NCBI GenBank assembly: GCA_002269645.1
Contig: NIVC01001355.1
Span: forward strand, 76,937 to 140,936
Reading direction: 5' to 3'
DNA: 64,000 nt
Origin: Macrostomum lignano
Taxonomy: Eukaryota
Below, piece after piece: positions 1-12,346 of the stretch (position 1 is its first letter; each line of letters starts with the position of its first letter). The notes under the pieces were generated by a model. It searched no databases. It was not told the origin of the DNA and saw nothing but the letters and a program-made list of their open reading frames with translations. Made by a program: the position numbers and the translations under genes.

Positions 1-120
1 ACAACAGATATGTGAATGGTACAGCAAAATTGTGTGAATGGCACAACAAAGTGTGTGAATCGTACAGTCTGGTGTGTGACATTCCAAAACAGCAAACAAT
101 GCAGCAGGCATGATAGTCAC

Positions 121-3100
121 CTAGACTGCAGCACGGTCAGGAACCGTTCAATCAATTGCTCAGCGCCAGCTGTGGAGCAGTCGGGCCCGGCCAGTGTCCG
201 GTAAGCGGGGCTGGACAGCAGGGCGGTCAACAGTCGTCGCACGGGCGCCGGTTCGGACAGAGCCAGCACTTCGAAATTGCCGAAATCGCGGCACATGACC
301 TGGTAGAAGTACTTCTCCGACAGCAGCTGCATGTTGAGCAAGAGCAGGTCGCAGTCGCACTGGGCCAGGGCCAGCCGTCTGTCGATGCAGCCAACGAAGA
401 CCAGCTTGCGGAACTGGGCGCAGAGCTCGGCGTCAGCCTGCGCCTCGACTGAGCGCTGCATTCTGAACACGCACTGCAACCTCATCACCCGCCGATGCTG
501 GCCCGGAGACGGCGCCGCGATAGCGGCTGCAAACAGGGGGGGGGCGGTTGAATGTCAGCTGACAGCTTGGTGACATGCTCCAGTGATTCTACTTTAGCAA
601 TCCAGATCCTCTTGAGCATCCCGAGACCGGCATTTGTACTCTGAATTATTTCTTGGCACTCCTAATTCTACCTTGGCTCTCCTAATTCTACCTTGGCACT
701 CCTAACTCTATCTTGGCTCTCCTAACTCTATCTTGGCACTTCTAATCCTACCTTGGCACTCCTAATTCTCTTTTGGCACTCTTAACTCTACCCGGGCACT
801 CCTAGCTCTACCTTGGCACTCTAATCCTATATTGGCACTCCTAACTCTACCCGGGCACTCCTAGCTCTACCTTGGCACTCTAATCCTATCTTGGCATTCC
901 AGATACTAACACTGGCATTGCGGATTTTACTCCTTGACAACTTGGAATCCCAGAGCATTAGTTAATGCTTAAGGACACTTGCACTTGCAGCACTCAGTGC
1001 TATTGTATAAATAGTAGCTTAGTCTTTTCTAGTCTAACATCACAGTAAGAACATCACACGTACCCGAGTGGGAGCTGCCAACTAGCTGGACTGACGTCTG
1101 TGTCGGAGACTGCCTCACACAATCGGCGCCTTCATCTGGAAAATATGTTGAAGACAATTTACCTATAGGCCGAGAAATATATAAAAGTACAAGATTAAAA
1201 CTAACAAACGATCAAAACTGTTGCGTACCAATGACGATACTCGCTGAATTAGCTGCCGTTGAGTTGGCGGACTGCCGCGGTTCCCCGTCAGCATTGTTGT
1301 CCTCATCTGGCGCTGAAAATTAAAGTTAGCAGTGCATTCTTAAGTTAGCCTATGGCTGGTAATTTTCTCAACACCTCCAACAAGAGTTGAGCATCTCCGG
1401 TCCCGGAGTCAAACATCTTCGGTCCCTGAGTTAAACATCTCCGGTCCCTGGGTTAAACACCTCCGATCCCTGAGTCAAACATTTCCGGTCCCTGAGTCAA
1501 ACACCTCCGATCCCTGAGTCAAACACCTCCGATCCCTGAGTCAAACACCTCTGGTCCCTGAGTTAAACATCTCCGGTCCCTGAGTCAAACACCTCCGATC
1601 CCTGAGTCAAACACCTCCAATCCCTGAGTCAAACAACTCCAATCCCTGAGTCAAACACCTCCGATCCCTGAGTCAAACACCTCTGGTCCCTGAGTCAAAC
1701 ATCTCCGGTCCCTGAGTCAAACACCTCTGGTCCCTGAGTCAAACACCTCTAACCCCTGAGTCAAACACCTCCAACCCCTGAGTCAAACAACTCCAATCCG
1801 AGTCAAACACCTCCAATCCCTGAGTCAAACACATCTGACCCTCAGTCTAACAACTCAAACCCCCAAAACTCGATCAAAACTTGACTCAAACCGATATTAA
1901 TGCATCGGATATGAAACAGAAGATATCACTCCTAATCTATCAATCCCTTCTCAATCTCTGCTCTCGCATGTCCCCAACCATACCCTACCGAACGCCACCG
2001 CACCTTCACCGCTATCAGCGCCCAATTTGGGCCGTTTCTGTGCCGGTCCAAAGAATGCTTCAATGTTGGTGACGCCCGGCTCAACTCGAGATCGAATAAC
2101 ACTCTGCGATGATGACGCGGACTGCGACAGCTGCTGCGAAGCTGCTGCCCGAGGAACTGGCGACTGTTTCTGCTGTTGTTGCTGTTGCTCTTGCTTGTTG
2201 GATGGCAGCACTGACTGTACTAGAAAAGTCATACTCTGCCTACCAGCGGCCAGTGCTGCTACGATGCGGGATTGTATCTGTGAGATGTGCAACATTTTAG
2301 TACAAAATTTAATTATATCATTCGACACTTAAGGCCATAGACAATTGCAATTAATACGACACTTGAAGCCATAGACAATTGCAATACATTCTAAACTTGA
2401 AGCCATAGACAATTAAAATACATTCTAGACTTGAAGCCATAGACAATTGCAATACATCCTACACTTGAAGCCATAGACAATTAAAATACATTCTAGACTT
2501 GAAGCCATAGACAATTGCAATACATCCTACACTTGAAGCCATAGACAATTGCAATACATTCTAAACTTGAAGCCATAGACAATTAAAATACATTCTAGAC
2601 TTGAAGCCATAGACAATTGCAATACATCCTACACTTGAAGCCATAGACAATTGCAATACATTCTAAACTTGAAGCCATAGACAATTAAAATACATTCTAG
2701 ACTTGAAGCCATAGACAATTGCAATACATCCTACACTTGAAGCCATAGACAATTGCAATACATCCTACACTTGAAGCCATAGACAATTGCAATACATTCT
2801 AAACTTGAAGCCATAGACAATTAAAATACATTCTAGACTTGAAGCCATAGACAATTGCAATACATCCTACACTTGAAGCCATAGACAATTGCAATACATC
2901 CTACACTTGAAGCCATAGACAATTGCAATACATTCTACACTTGAAGCCATAGACAATTGCAATTCATTCGAAACTTAAAATAATCTAATCCCAAGATAAA
3001 TTACCGCATCCGCGATGGCGTCCTGATGCAGAAAGAACACCTCATGCTTGGTGGGGTGCACATTAACATCAACATTGTGCGGCGCAATCTGCAGGCTGAC

Positions 3101-6100
3101 GTAGGCGAACGGCTGTGCACCTCGAGGCAGCGCCTCCGTGAATGCGGACTCCATGGCGCGGCGCAGCCGGGCGGACTCCACCAGCCGGTGGTTGATGAAC
3201 AGCACTAGCTGAGTTTTGCGCCCGGCAAATGACGGTCCGGTCACATAGGCGTCCAGACTGAACTCCAACCGCTTGTCCTCGTGGTTCACGTGTATTAGAG
3301 CGTCGGCCGCTTCGGCACCGACCATCAGGCGAATGTTTGCGGCTACCGTGGAATCGGCTGGCGTCTTCAACGCTGTCAGACCGTCGGAGCCGGCCTTGCG
3401 AACCGACATGCCGACACGGGGATAGTGCAGCGAGTACAGGCTCACGACCTGGGTGGGGGGAGGATTCAGAGAAGACGTGCGGAGGTGTAGACACTTAACA
3501 AAACATTTTTTCACACCAAACCTTTTGCTCATACGTCTATCAAACGATCACGTGCGCTGAAGACGTTGCCTGCTATCGAGTAGTAAGAAAAGCATGCAAA
3601 AGCGAATATTTGCGTGTGCAAAAACTTTATGAAATTCTAGCGTCTCTGCAGGTGATGTCCTGACTTAGCGACTGAGCTACTCCAACACCTCCCATCCCCG
3701 ACTCAACACCTCCCATCTCTGACTCAACACCTCCCATCTCTGACTCAACACCTCCCAACCCCGACTCCAACACCTCCCATCCCCGACTCAACACCTCCCA
3801 TCCCCGACTCAACACCTCCCATCTCTGACTCAACACCTCCCAACCCCGACTCCAAAACCTCCCATCCCCGACCCCAACAACTCCCATCCCCGACTCCAAC
3901 ACCTCCCATCCCCGACTCAACACCTCCCATCCCTGACTCAACACCTCCCATCCCTGACTCCAACACCCCATCCACAGAATATACACAGAATGCCAAATCG
4001 AGCGATTTCCATGAAGCCGAATTAAAATTCGTGTGCACTACTCTTGTTGTGAAGTCTATGGCCAGTAGTATAAATTAGCGAACAATAATAAGTAACCTGG
4101 AGGACCAAGTGTAAAATTTTATCATTTTTTCGTAGTTTATCATCTAAACAAACCAAACAATGAAGAACTCAAGTTAAACAGAATTCATTCGCATCATCAA
4201 CAAACAACAGCTAAGCAGAATTCATTCGCATCACAGTTAAACTACAGTTAAACAGCATTTAATCGCATCAGCTTCTTCCTCTCTTCAGCTCTCTTTATTC
4301 CTGTCGTACGCCCCCGCTTTCTCTGCTGAGCAAGCGTCCTCTGACTGTTGCACCAGTGATTCAGGCGAAGTCTGGCAAACAACTTGGCCGTTGCCTTAGC
4401 ACAGCGTTCGCCGTGAGGAGTCTGCTGAAATCAGACCATCGCCCTGCGGACCAGGACTGGGCGCACTTGCACTTGCTGTTACTTTGGCCTGAAACTCGGT
4501 CAGCAGGGTGCTGCCATCGTTCTCGCAGTTGCTGTTGGTCTGCGATAGACAGCCCAACAAGTGGTTGACAGATAAAGACCTCAGTGCCGCCACGGCTTCT
4601 CGGCACTCCCGTCTGTCATTGAAGCCGCCTCTGCGCCGGATGCAGGAAAATCCGTTTTCGACGTTATCCTGTGTTAGCTGTCTCACCATCACCTTCTCAG
4701 TACTGTCGACTTGAAGGGCTTGCTCTGCGATTTGCTAAATCGACCTCAAACTGAATTGCCAGCCAGTATTGAACTTCATTCCGTTCACTTTGACGCCATC
4801 CTTGTGAAACTCCAAACCCTGCAACCAGTTACACCAATAATCGATTTCGAAATTCTTCGCGTCCCTGTTGTCAATTGTAATTCCATCTCGAGACAGTCTG
4901 CCATTTGACAAATCGCACACAACGGCACACTTCCATTTGCCTTCATTTATTTTCCAAGACGATCGGCTCGGAAAATGCGTCTGGCCCAGTCTTCGCATCT
5001 AAAATTTGAATTTGCGCCAGAATTGAAGATTAGCCATGTTTTTAATTGTGTGAATTGCGATGCCAGTTGTACAAGGGGGTATTTCAAAAGTTCGTAGACT
5101 TGGTTGTAGATTAGTTCGTAGTCAAATGGTTCTTGACTGCTCCTTGGAGAATGCAGTAAATGCAGTGGGGGGGGGTTCAGAGTTTGATCGCAGATTTCTC
5201 GCGGTCATTTCAGTCAATTTTGCTAAAAATTTAGCTGCAGGCTGTAGATATATGGAATAATACTTGTGAAAATTTTCAAGGGCATATGTTTAAGGGGAGA
5301 TGGCTTCTCTACGAACTTTTGAAAGACCCCTCATATAATAAGTTTACTCACCTCTCGCGGCTTGACGGAAATCGATGAAATCGGGTGTCCTGAGGGCACT
5401 TGTAGGCATAGTTTGGGCATATATAGGCTGCGCACTGGAGTCTGGATTTTCCAGCCATGCTGCGCAGAAAAGCTCAGACTGAACTTAATTTTCAGTTAAG
5501 TGAAAACCTTTCCTTTCCTTTTTCATTTTCATTCATAGAATAGTCTATTGCAAAAACTCAAGCCCTACTTATCAAAGCTTCACAACAAGAGTAGGCTGGT
5601 GGGATTTTAATTCTTGTACCGATTTTTTAAACAAAAATGCTCGAATCGGCATTCTGTGTATATTCTGTGCCCCCATCCCCGACTCCAACATCTCCCATCC
5701 CTGACTCAACACCTCCCATCCCCTACTCCAACACCTCCCATCCCCGACTCCAACAACTCCCAACCCCGACTCCAACACCTCCCATCCCCGACTCAACACC
5801 TCCCACCCATCCCCGACTCACACACATCCCACCCATCCGGCCCGACTCCAACAACTCCAATCCCCGACTCCAACACTCCAATCCCTGACTCACAACACCT
5901 CCCATCCCCTACTCTAACACCTCCCACCTCGACTACAACACCTCCAACCTCTATTCCCGATTCCAACATCTCCGACCTCCATTCCGGACTCTTAAAAAGC
6001 CACTGGTTGGTCCATGACGCAACTCGCTACAAAATCTAGTGAAACTGCGCCGCTCACCTCTACAATTTTCTTGAACTCCTCAGTCGCCGATTTAAGTGTT

Positions 6101-9100
6101 CGCCGTCTGATGGGCACGTTGAAGAACAGGTCCTCAGCTGTGATGGTGGTGCCCTGGTTGCCTGGCACATATTTTACTGGCGCTTTCAGCTTGCCCTCGA
6201 AGTACTCGCCTCTGCGTATTACGGTTGTAGAAATTTAATATTGCTTAGTAAATAACTGACTGCCTACTTGTGCGGTCTGCACGTGGATTTCGAAAGTTTC
6301 AAGTTAGTTCAAAGCGAGAAAGATCGAAGGTTAAAAACAAAGTCTCAAGTGTAAAAACTCTGCACAATAATCCTTTACCACATTGGCCTCTGACTAAAGG
6401 TCATAATGTACTTTTTTAAGTGAATCCAAGTATCGAAAGTTTCTAGAAAAAGGAGAAGCCTGATTTGAAGAGAATGAATTCGGACATCTTAAAGGTAATT
6501 ACCAGGTAACATGTTTCCGTCTATGCCTATGTCTATGGGCAAGACCAAGTCTACTGCTTTCAAATTAAAATTCTCAACTTGGTTGCTTTAAATATAGCAT
6601 TTTGCATCTAGTTTGAACAGCGGGATTTCTACGAGTAATTGGACGCTTGTGAAATTTACTCGTTAAAAAGGTGCAACGTTTATTTGCTAACAGGTTTGCA
6701 TTTAACTTCACATGAAAGTTCTCCTTCATAATACTCCTCTTGGTAAAGCGTTGTCCGCTCTGAACATTTTTTTCCAAATGTTGTACACAAATGACATCCA
6801 AGATCCTAGAAATCTCAGCCTCTGGATCACCAACGACGCTGACAAGCCGAGACATTAATATCTCTTTTTTTCTCTGATAATCTTTGCCTACCTGCAAATC
6901 GGATTGTCCATGACCTTTCTGTGCTATGCTTCTCACATAGACACTTAACGAGGAAGTTTGGAGCCACAGAGTGCATGTTTTTATATCTATTATGCCCAAT
7001 TAGACTGCCGCATGTCTAACTTGATTTCTAATCAGTGTAGTTTTGCTTATGGCCATAGACTACTTATTGATTTTGACCAAAGATCATACACAAGATGGGC
7101 CGCCACTCATTAACCACGTATGTGGCCATAGAAGCTAATGTGAGAAACTTTGGGTATAGTGCGAAATAGTGCGAAAATCAACTACTGAACTCAATTTCGT
7201 CAGTAGTCTCTACGATGCATGCATCATTCTTAGTTTGATTGAGTAGCTTGTTTCATTTAATTCAATTGTTTTCATGTCCCAGATTTATTAGTTTTATTTG
7301 ACAGCGCTGGCACATATTGATTTCTGGTCAGCCATGCTTTGTGGTCATGCAATTTCGACAGACGTGTTAGCGGTATGGTGCAGTTTTGATAGTGACAGCA
7401 AGGCAGTCTTGGAGTTACATAGGCGTCTTTTTCAAAATGTAGGTTACACAGCTTCAGTTTGTGTTGCCTTACGACGTCATAGGGTTATAGCCTCTTGTTT
7501 CGATGCGTCCATCCAACGCTAAGCGGCAGATTCAAATTTTGGAAAATGGTGCAGAATGACATTTTGATTTAGTTGCGGAGAAAATATACACGAGTTGCAA
7601 CCACAAGCCCAACAACATCTCGAGTTTAACATTCCAAAATGCTTTATTAGCTTGGCTGACCAAAGCAATATACATACAGACTACTATAAAGTATTACGAC
7701 TTAGATAAATAACGGTAGGCAGTGAACAGGTAGCAGAACAAGTATCGCGGACCCCAGTCTCTCACTCTCACCTGTAAGCGCACTCAGCCTCGGCAGTTTT
7801 ACTAACAATAGACACGTGAGCAACGTGGCTAATACTGGCTAGCGCCTCGCCGCGGAATCCGTGCGTATTTAGCGAGCGCAGATCGGTGAAAGCCGCCAGC
7901 TTGCTAGTGGTGAATCGTTCGCAAACAATGGGCATATCGTCGAAACGGATGCCGCAACCGTTGTCAATGATTTGCAACAGCTTATTGCCGCCATCGCGAG
8001 CAATTATCTGCGTTTTTTAATAGTCGGACGAAATAACTGATTGTGATTTTGAGACAGAGAGGAACTAAAAATGAAGAATATATTTTACTTTTAGTAGCTT
8101 AGACTAGATAGTGTATATATACCAGTCCTTCAATGAAGAGCCACCGCTACCCTCTCCCAGTCCTTCAATGTAGAGCCACCGCTACCCTCTCCCAATCCTT
8201 CAATGAAGAGCCACCGCTACCCTCTCCCAGTCCTTCAATGTAGAGCCAGAGCCACCGCTACCCTCTCCCAATCCTTCAATGTAGAGCCAGAGCCACCGCT
8301 ACCCTCTCCCAGTCCTTCAATGTAGAGCCAGAGCCACCGCTACCCGCTCCCAGTCCTTCAATGTAGAGCCAGAGCCACCGCTACCCTCTCCCAGTCCTTC
8401 AATGTAGAGCCAGAGCCACCGCTACCCGCTCCCAGTCCTTCAATGTAGAGCCAGAGCCACCGCTACCCGCTCCCAGTCCTTCAATGTAGAGCCAGAGCCA
8501 CCGCTACCCTCTCCCAGTCCTTCAATGTAGAGCCAGAGCCACCGCTACCCTCTCCCAGTCCTTCAATGTAGAGCCAGAGCCACCGCTACCCACTCCCAGT
8601 CCTTCAATGTAGAGCCAGAGCCACCGCTACCCGCTCCCAGTCCTTCAATGTAGAGCCAGAGCCACCGCTACCCGCTCCCAGTCCTTCAATGTAGAGCCAG
8701 AGCCACCGCTACCCTCTCCCAGTCCTTCAATGTAGAGCCAGAGCCACCGCTACCCTCTCCCAGTCCTTCAATGAAGAGCCACCGCTACCCTCTCCCAGTC
8801 CTTCAATGTAGAGCCAGAGCCACCGCTACCCACTCCCAGTCCTTCAATGAAGAGCCACCGCTACCCTCTCCCAGTCCTTCAATGAAGAGCCACCGCTACC
8901 CTCTCCCATTCCATCAATAGAGAATCACCGCCAAATTTCTCTCCAAAAAATCACTACTCAAAAACCTACAACTTCAATTGCAGGTACCAATGCAAAGCAC
9001 ACATATGGTAAATCGAGCACACCTGTACAAGTGTTGACCCAGCATCGATGCTATTCTCTAGCAGCTCTTTTACAGCGTTAAATGGACGTTGAATGACTTC

Positions 9101-9181
9101 GCCAGCAGCAATGCGATTCACAACAGTTTCATCTAGCCGTTGGATTCGGGGTAGACTGTCTGGGGCCTGTTGTTCCAACAT
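121..9181 (-). CDS. MLH1: DNA mismatch repair protein MLH1 (MutL homolog), 5' eight exons; 3' end lies beyond the window
   Basis: Exons deduced by hand: 9181-9023, 8007-7772, 6211-6058, 3448-3005, 2277-2004, 1312-1229, 1135-1064, 526-121. All introns are GT-AG with matching phases. GHKL ATPase motifs [55 protein letters not shown]; also [15 protein letters not shown] and [16 protein letters not shown]. The C-terminal domain begins at RRVMRLQCV. Confidence 0.96.
651..900. repeat. ~20-bp minisatellite (CTTGGCACTCCTAACTCTAC) in MLH1 intron
   Basis: About 12 degenerate tandem copies read directly. Confidence 0.9.
1391..1855. repeat. 22-bp minisatellite (CCCTGAGTCAAACACCTCCGAT) in MLH1 intron
   Basis: About 20 tandem copies; most contain TGAGTCA. 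Confidence 0.92.
2331..2970. repeat. 34-bp minisatellite (TTGAAGCCATAGACAATTGCAATACATTCTACAC) in MLH1 intron
   Basis: About 19 tandem copies with recurring variants (AATTGCAA/AATTAAAA; TTCTAAAC/TTCTAGAC/TCCTACAC). Confidence 0.93.
3679..3972. repeat. ~22-bp minisatellite (CCCCGACTCAACACCTCCCAT), left half, split by a P element
   Basis: The same unit resumes at 5670-5990. Confidence 0.9.
3973..5669 (-). mobile_element. Internally deleted P-element (THAP/P superfamily) DNA transposon in MLH1 intron 3
   Basis: 31-bp TIRs (CACAGAATATACACAGAATGCCAAATCGAGC at 3973-4003; inverse at 5639-5669; 29/31 match). 8-bp flanks ACCCCATC / CCCCCATC (TSD, 7/8). THAP exon 1 at 5458-5352 ([36 protein letters not shown], then GTGAGT donor). 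C-terminal transposase fragments at 4998-4396 ([20 protein letters not shown]; [22 protein letters not shown]; SNCEND). Confidence 0.85.
5076..5330. mobile_element. ~255-bp MITE nested inside the P element
   Basis: ~23-bp TIR GGGGT(A/C)TTTCAAAAGTTCGTAGA at both ends, inverted, 1 mismatch. No clear TSD. Confidence 0.6.
5670..5990. repeat. ~22-bp minisatellite, right half
   Basis: CCCCGACTC(C)AACACCTCCCAT tandem copies, degenerating rightwards. Confidence 0.9.
8122..8925. repeat. 41-bp minisatellite (CCAGTCCTTCAATGTAGAGCCAGAGCCACCGCTACCCTCTC) in MLH1 intron 1
   Basis: About 20 copies; 35-bp variants lacking one AGAGCC occur mainly toward both edges. Confidence 0.93.
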
Positions 9182-10286
9182 CTTTACACTAAACAACTTC
9201 TAAAATGTTTAAATAGCTTGAAGGCTGCAAAAAGGTATATTGAAATAAATGCTTAAAAATTATATTTACTAGCACAAAAAGTTCCTTTGGCAATATCTCC
9301 ATAGTAAAACAAACAAATAAGTTTTAAAATATATTTTTTTCAAAAGTAGGATAATTTTTAGAGCAATGGAAAAATCAAGAAAAAATAACTCATCTCTAAC
9401 TTTTATGCATACTAGAGTATTAGATAGCCAGATTATTAGGTAGTTAATACTAGATTTGCCAACTTTGAAAAAATGCCTACCAACTATTTTCAATCTTTTT
9501 GCCACAGTTAACATTTATAAACAGCCAAGTTTAAATTATTAACATAAGTACTCTAAAAGTACTAGCTGTAAACTAGTATTATTACTATTACTATAGTACT
9601 ACCTAAAATATGCTATAAAACTTTGTTTGGTGATAAAAAATGACCATCAGCATAGTTTATGCTCTGACTATATGTTCAGTTATTTTAGAATTCATAAACA
9701 GCTATATGAAAAATATAGAACTAGAAGTTTGACACATATTGCTTTATACAGCTTTGTCTTATCTATTATAGTTCAAAAGTTACAAGTGCTTAAAGTTCAA
9801 AAACATGATAAAACCCTCTTGTGGAATGACCCTATAACAATATGGCATATTTAATTTAATTTCAATTAATTTTTATTGAAAATATATAATTTTATTTTTA
9901 ATACAATTTATATTTTAAAGAAAAAATATTTAAAAATACAATAGCATATAGATTAGATTAAATGCCCAAACAAATTATTATGATAGGCTCTATTAATTTC
10001 AATCTAGGTCTAGTTATTCAAAACAAAGTTGATAAATATTGCCATATAGGAAGCTATAACGTATAAGATTAGTTATAGAGAATTTTTTTATGTTAATTTG
10101 ATGCCTCTTTTTAGTTATTTACATGTAAGATTTTAGTAGAATAGAGTCTATAAACAAAAAATCAATAAAAATCAAATATACCAAATGTAACAATTGATTG
10201 AATTAGATGATAATCAATTTTAAAATATTTCTAGAATTTTTATTTGATAAACTATTATGAAAAAAAATATTCAATACATTCATATG

Positions 10287-10443
10287 CAACCTTTGGAATC
10301 ACTCAGCCATTTCTATTAGCAACACACACGATAGGCATGTAAGTTGCTATAGGTTAAAAGCAGTCACATGACTACTATTCTGTTGAATAGTGACATACAT
10401 ATGTGTGTTGCCAATAGAAATGGCCGAGTGAATCCCAAGGTTG
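10287..10443. mobile_element. MITE-like hairpin with ~43-bp imperfect inverted repeats
   Basis: CAACCTTTGGAATCACTCAGCCATTTCTATTAGCAACACACAC (10287-10329) versus the reverse complement of 10401-10443. Confidence 0.55.
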
Positions 10444-11999
10444 TGCCCAAGCATGATTAAATAAATTAAAATAAAATTTAACACTGAACAAATTATTTAT
10501 ATTAGGCCTAGTTCATGCAAATCTGAACCAATGGAGTTTGATAGAAATTTAATATGATTATTATTATATTTCTTTTTGGGACAATTTTAATTTATACAAT
10601 AGAGATTATTAGGCTTAGAATGATACAGGAATTTATAAGACCAAAGACTATTTAATAGGCCCCTAGCTTGTATTAGACTAATCATATAGTTATAATATTC
10701 TTAGTAGGCCTAACTTAAAGAACCTACTTTAATTTTTTTAATATATTGGTATATTATATAATTCAAGAATATAAATGAGGCTCAGCCACTAGAATTATGT
10801 ATTGTCCCACTGAGAATAATATTTTATAGCATATGTATAGTATAAATTATAAAATGGTTAAAAGACCTAGACCCAAATTGGATAGGCCTAGCATAGGCAT
10901 AAATCATAAATATGGTCTAATAATATGGTCTGGCTCCAGAATAGATAATTAATTACCTAGCCACTAATATAATAGGCCTAGTAATGTATTATAATAATTA
11001 TTGATATTGTAGGGGCCTACATACATTGCATAGTTAAAAAACCTAGATAGGCCTAGTAATTATTAGTAGGCTTCATATCTTAGTTGAGACTGACTGACCA
11101 ATCTTGATTCTTAAACTATAAAAAGCTTTGTAGCAGTTTTAATCCTTATTGTCATGAGATGTTGGCTATATGTGTCTGTGGCTGTAGTTGTGCATCGGGT
11201 CAGGCCCAGCCCAGGGCTGTTGGTAATTTTTTTAGTTGAGGACTGTTTAAGTTAGCTAAATTGCTACATTTATTGCATCCCAGACGAAATTCTCCACTGT
11301 CTCTACCATTACTATACCTACGAGGCTACGCACGAGTAAGTCAGTCAGTTAGGGCGTTCTGCAGTTGTAAAAGCTGCGCTGGAGGCTTAAAGCTGCCTGC
11401 ACGCGAGGCTCACGCTGGTCGAGCATTAAATTTAAAGCAAAAATATTAAAATTAATCAAATATAACAAAAAACAATGTTAGTTCAAAGGAACCAACATTT
11501 ATATAATCCAATTGCTTGCAGTTAATAAAATGATTTATGTTTATCCATAATTTTTTTCTTTCCTATGAGTAATTAGGTGAAGGTTGCACTTTGAGATAAA
11601 TTATCATCGCATTCTGCCTTGAGTTCACAGATGTATACAGATGTACTTGAGTTCACAGATCTCCAAGGCAGAGTATAAAACTCTGCCTTGAGTTCACATG
11701 GCAGAGTTTGTAAGATGGAGCGCAACACTTAAAACAGATGTGCGCGTAACGCTTATCAAATAAATGACAAAAAACATATTCTTCTTGTATAATTTATTAA
11801 CCCGCAACCCCACAAAGCAGCGAAAGGAAGGCAAAGGCGGCGGGATGGCAGCGAGCACAAAGCAGCGACAGCGACGTGGTGGGGAGCCTGACCCGACCCC
11901 TTCGGATGTTGCATTTATTTTGCGCAATACACGTGCGTACGTCGATTTCAAAATTGATCGATAAAACTGGGGAGAATAAAACAAGAGAAATAAAAAATC

Positions 12000-12146
12000 G
12001 GAGCACTTGCACGCAGACGGTCAAGCCAGAAAATACTGGATTTAAGAACCCCGGCACGCGGCGGAGGGGGGCGGGGAGCTAGAGGTGGGCGAAGGGGGAG
12101 GGTTGGGGTTAACACACTTTACACTGAGGCCCACGGAGCAGGCAAC
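12000..12146 (+). repeat. Dispersed ~150-bp repeat, second copy at 43973-44119
   Basis: GAGCACTTGCAC..ACGGTCAAGCCAGAAAATACTGG..TTAAGAACC..GGCACGCGGCGGAGGGG..GCCCACGGAGCAGGC occurs at both loci in the same orientation. Confidence 0.85.
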
Positions 12147-12346
12147 ATTGAAAGTAGACAACATTCAAACATTGCAGTTTGTGAGATATCAGTCCAGGGA
12201 CAACTTAAACTACCGGGACGCGAAACAAGCCAAATCAAGTTAGTCAAGTTGGCGAAAAAAGTTGGGGGCTCGTTTGAGTCTATGGGCGCCGGATTTTTTC
12301 ATGCAATAAATGCTTAGCTTAGCTGCTGAAAAGACTAAGGCCACAG

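Noticed and set aside
6574-6999. 141-aa ORF in MLH1 intron 2
   Set aside because: No recognisable family. It may be TE debris, but I cannot support a call.
8122-8925. CRISPR-like regularity in the 34-57-bp arrays (also 2331, 30925, 35020, 49285)
   Set aside because: Units are head-to-tail with no unique spacers, there are no cas genes, and the context is eukaryotic introns.
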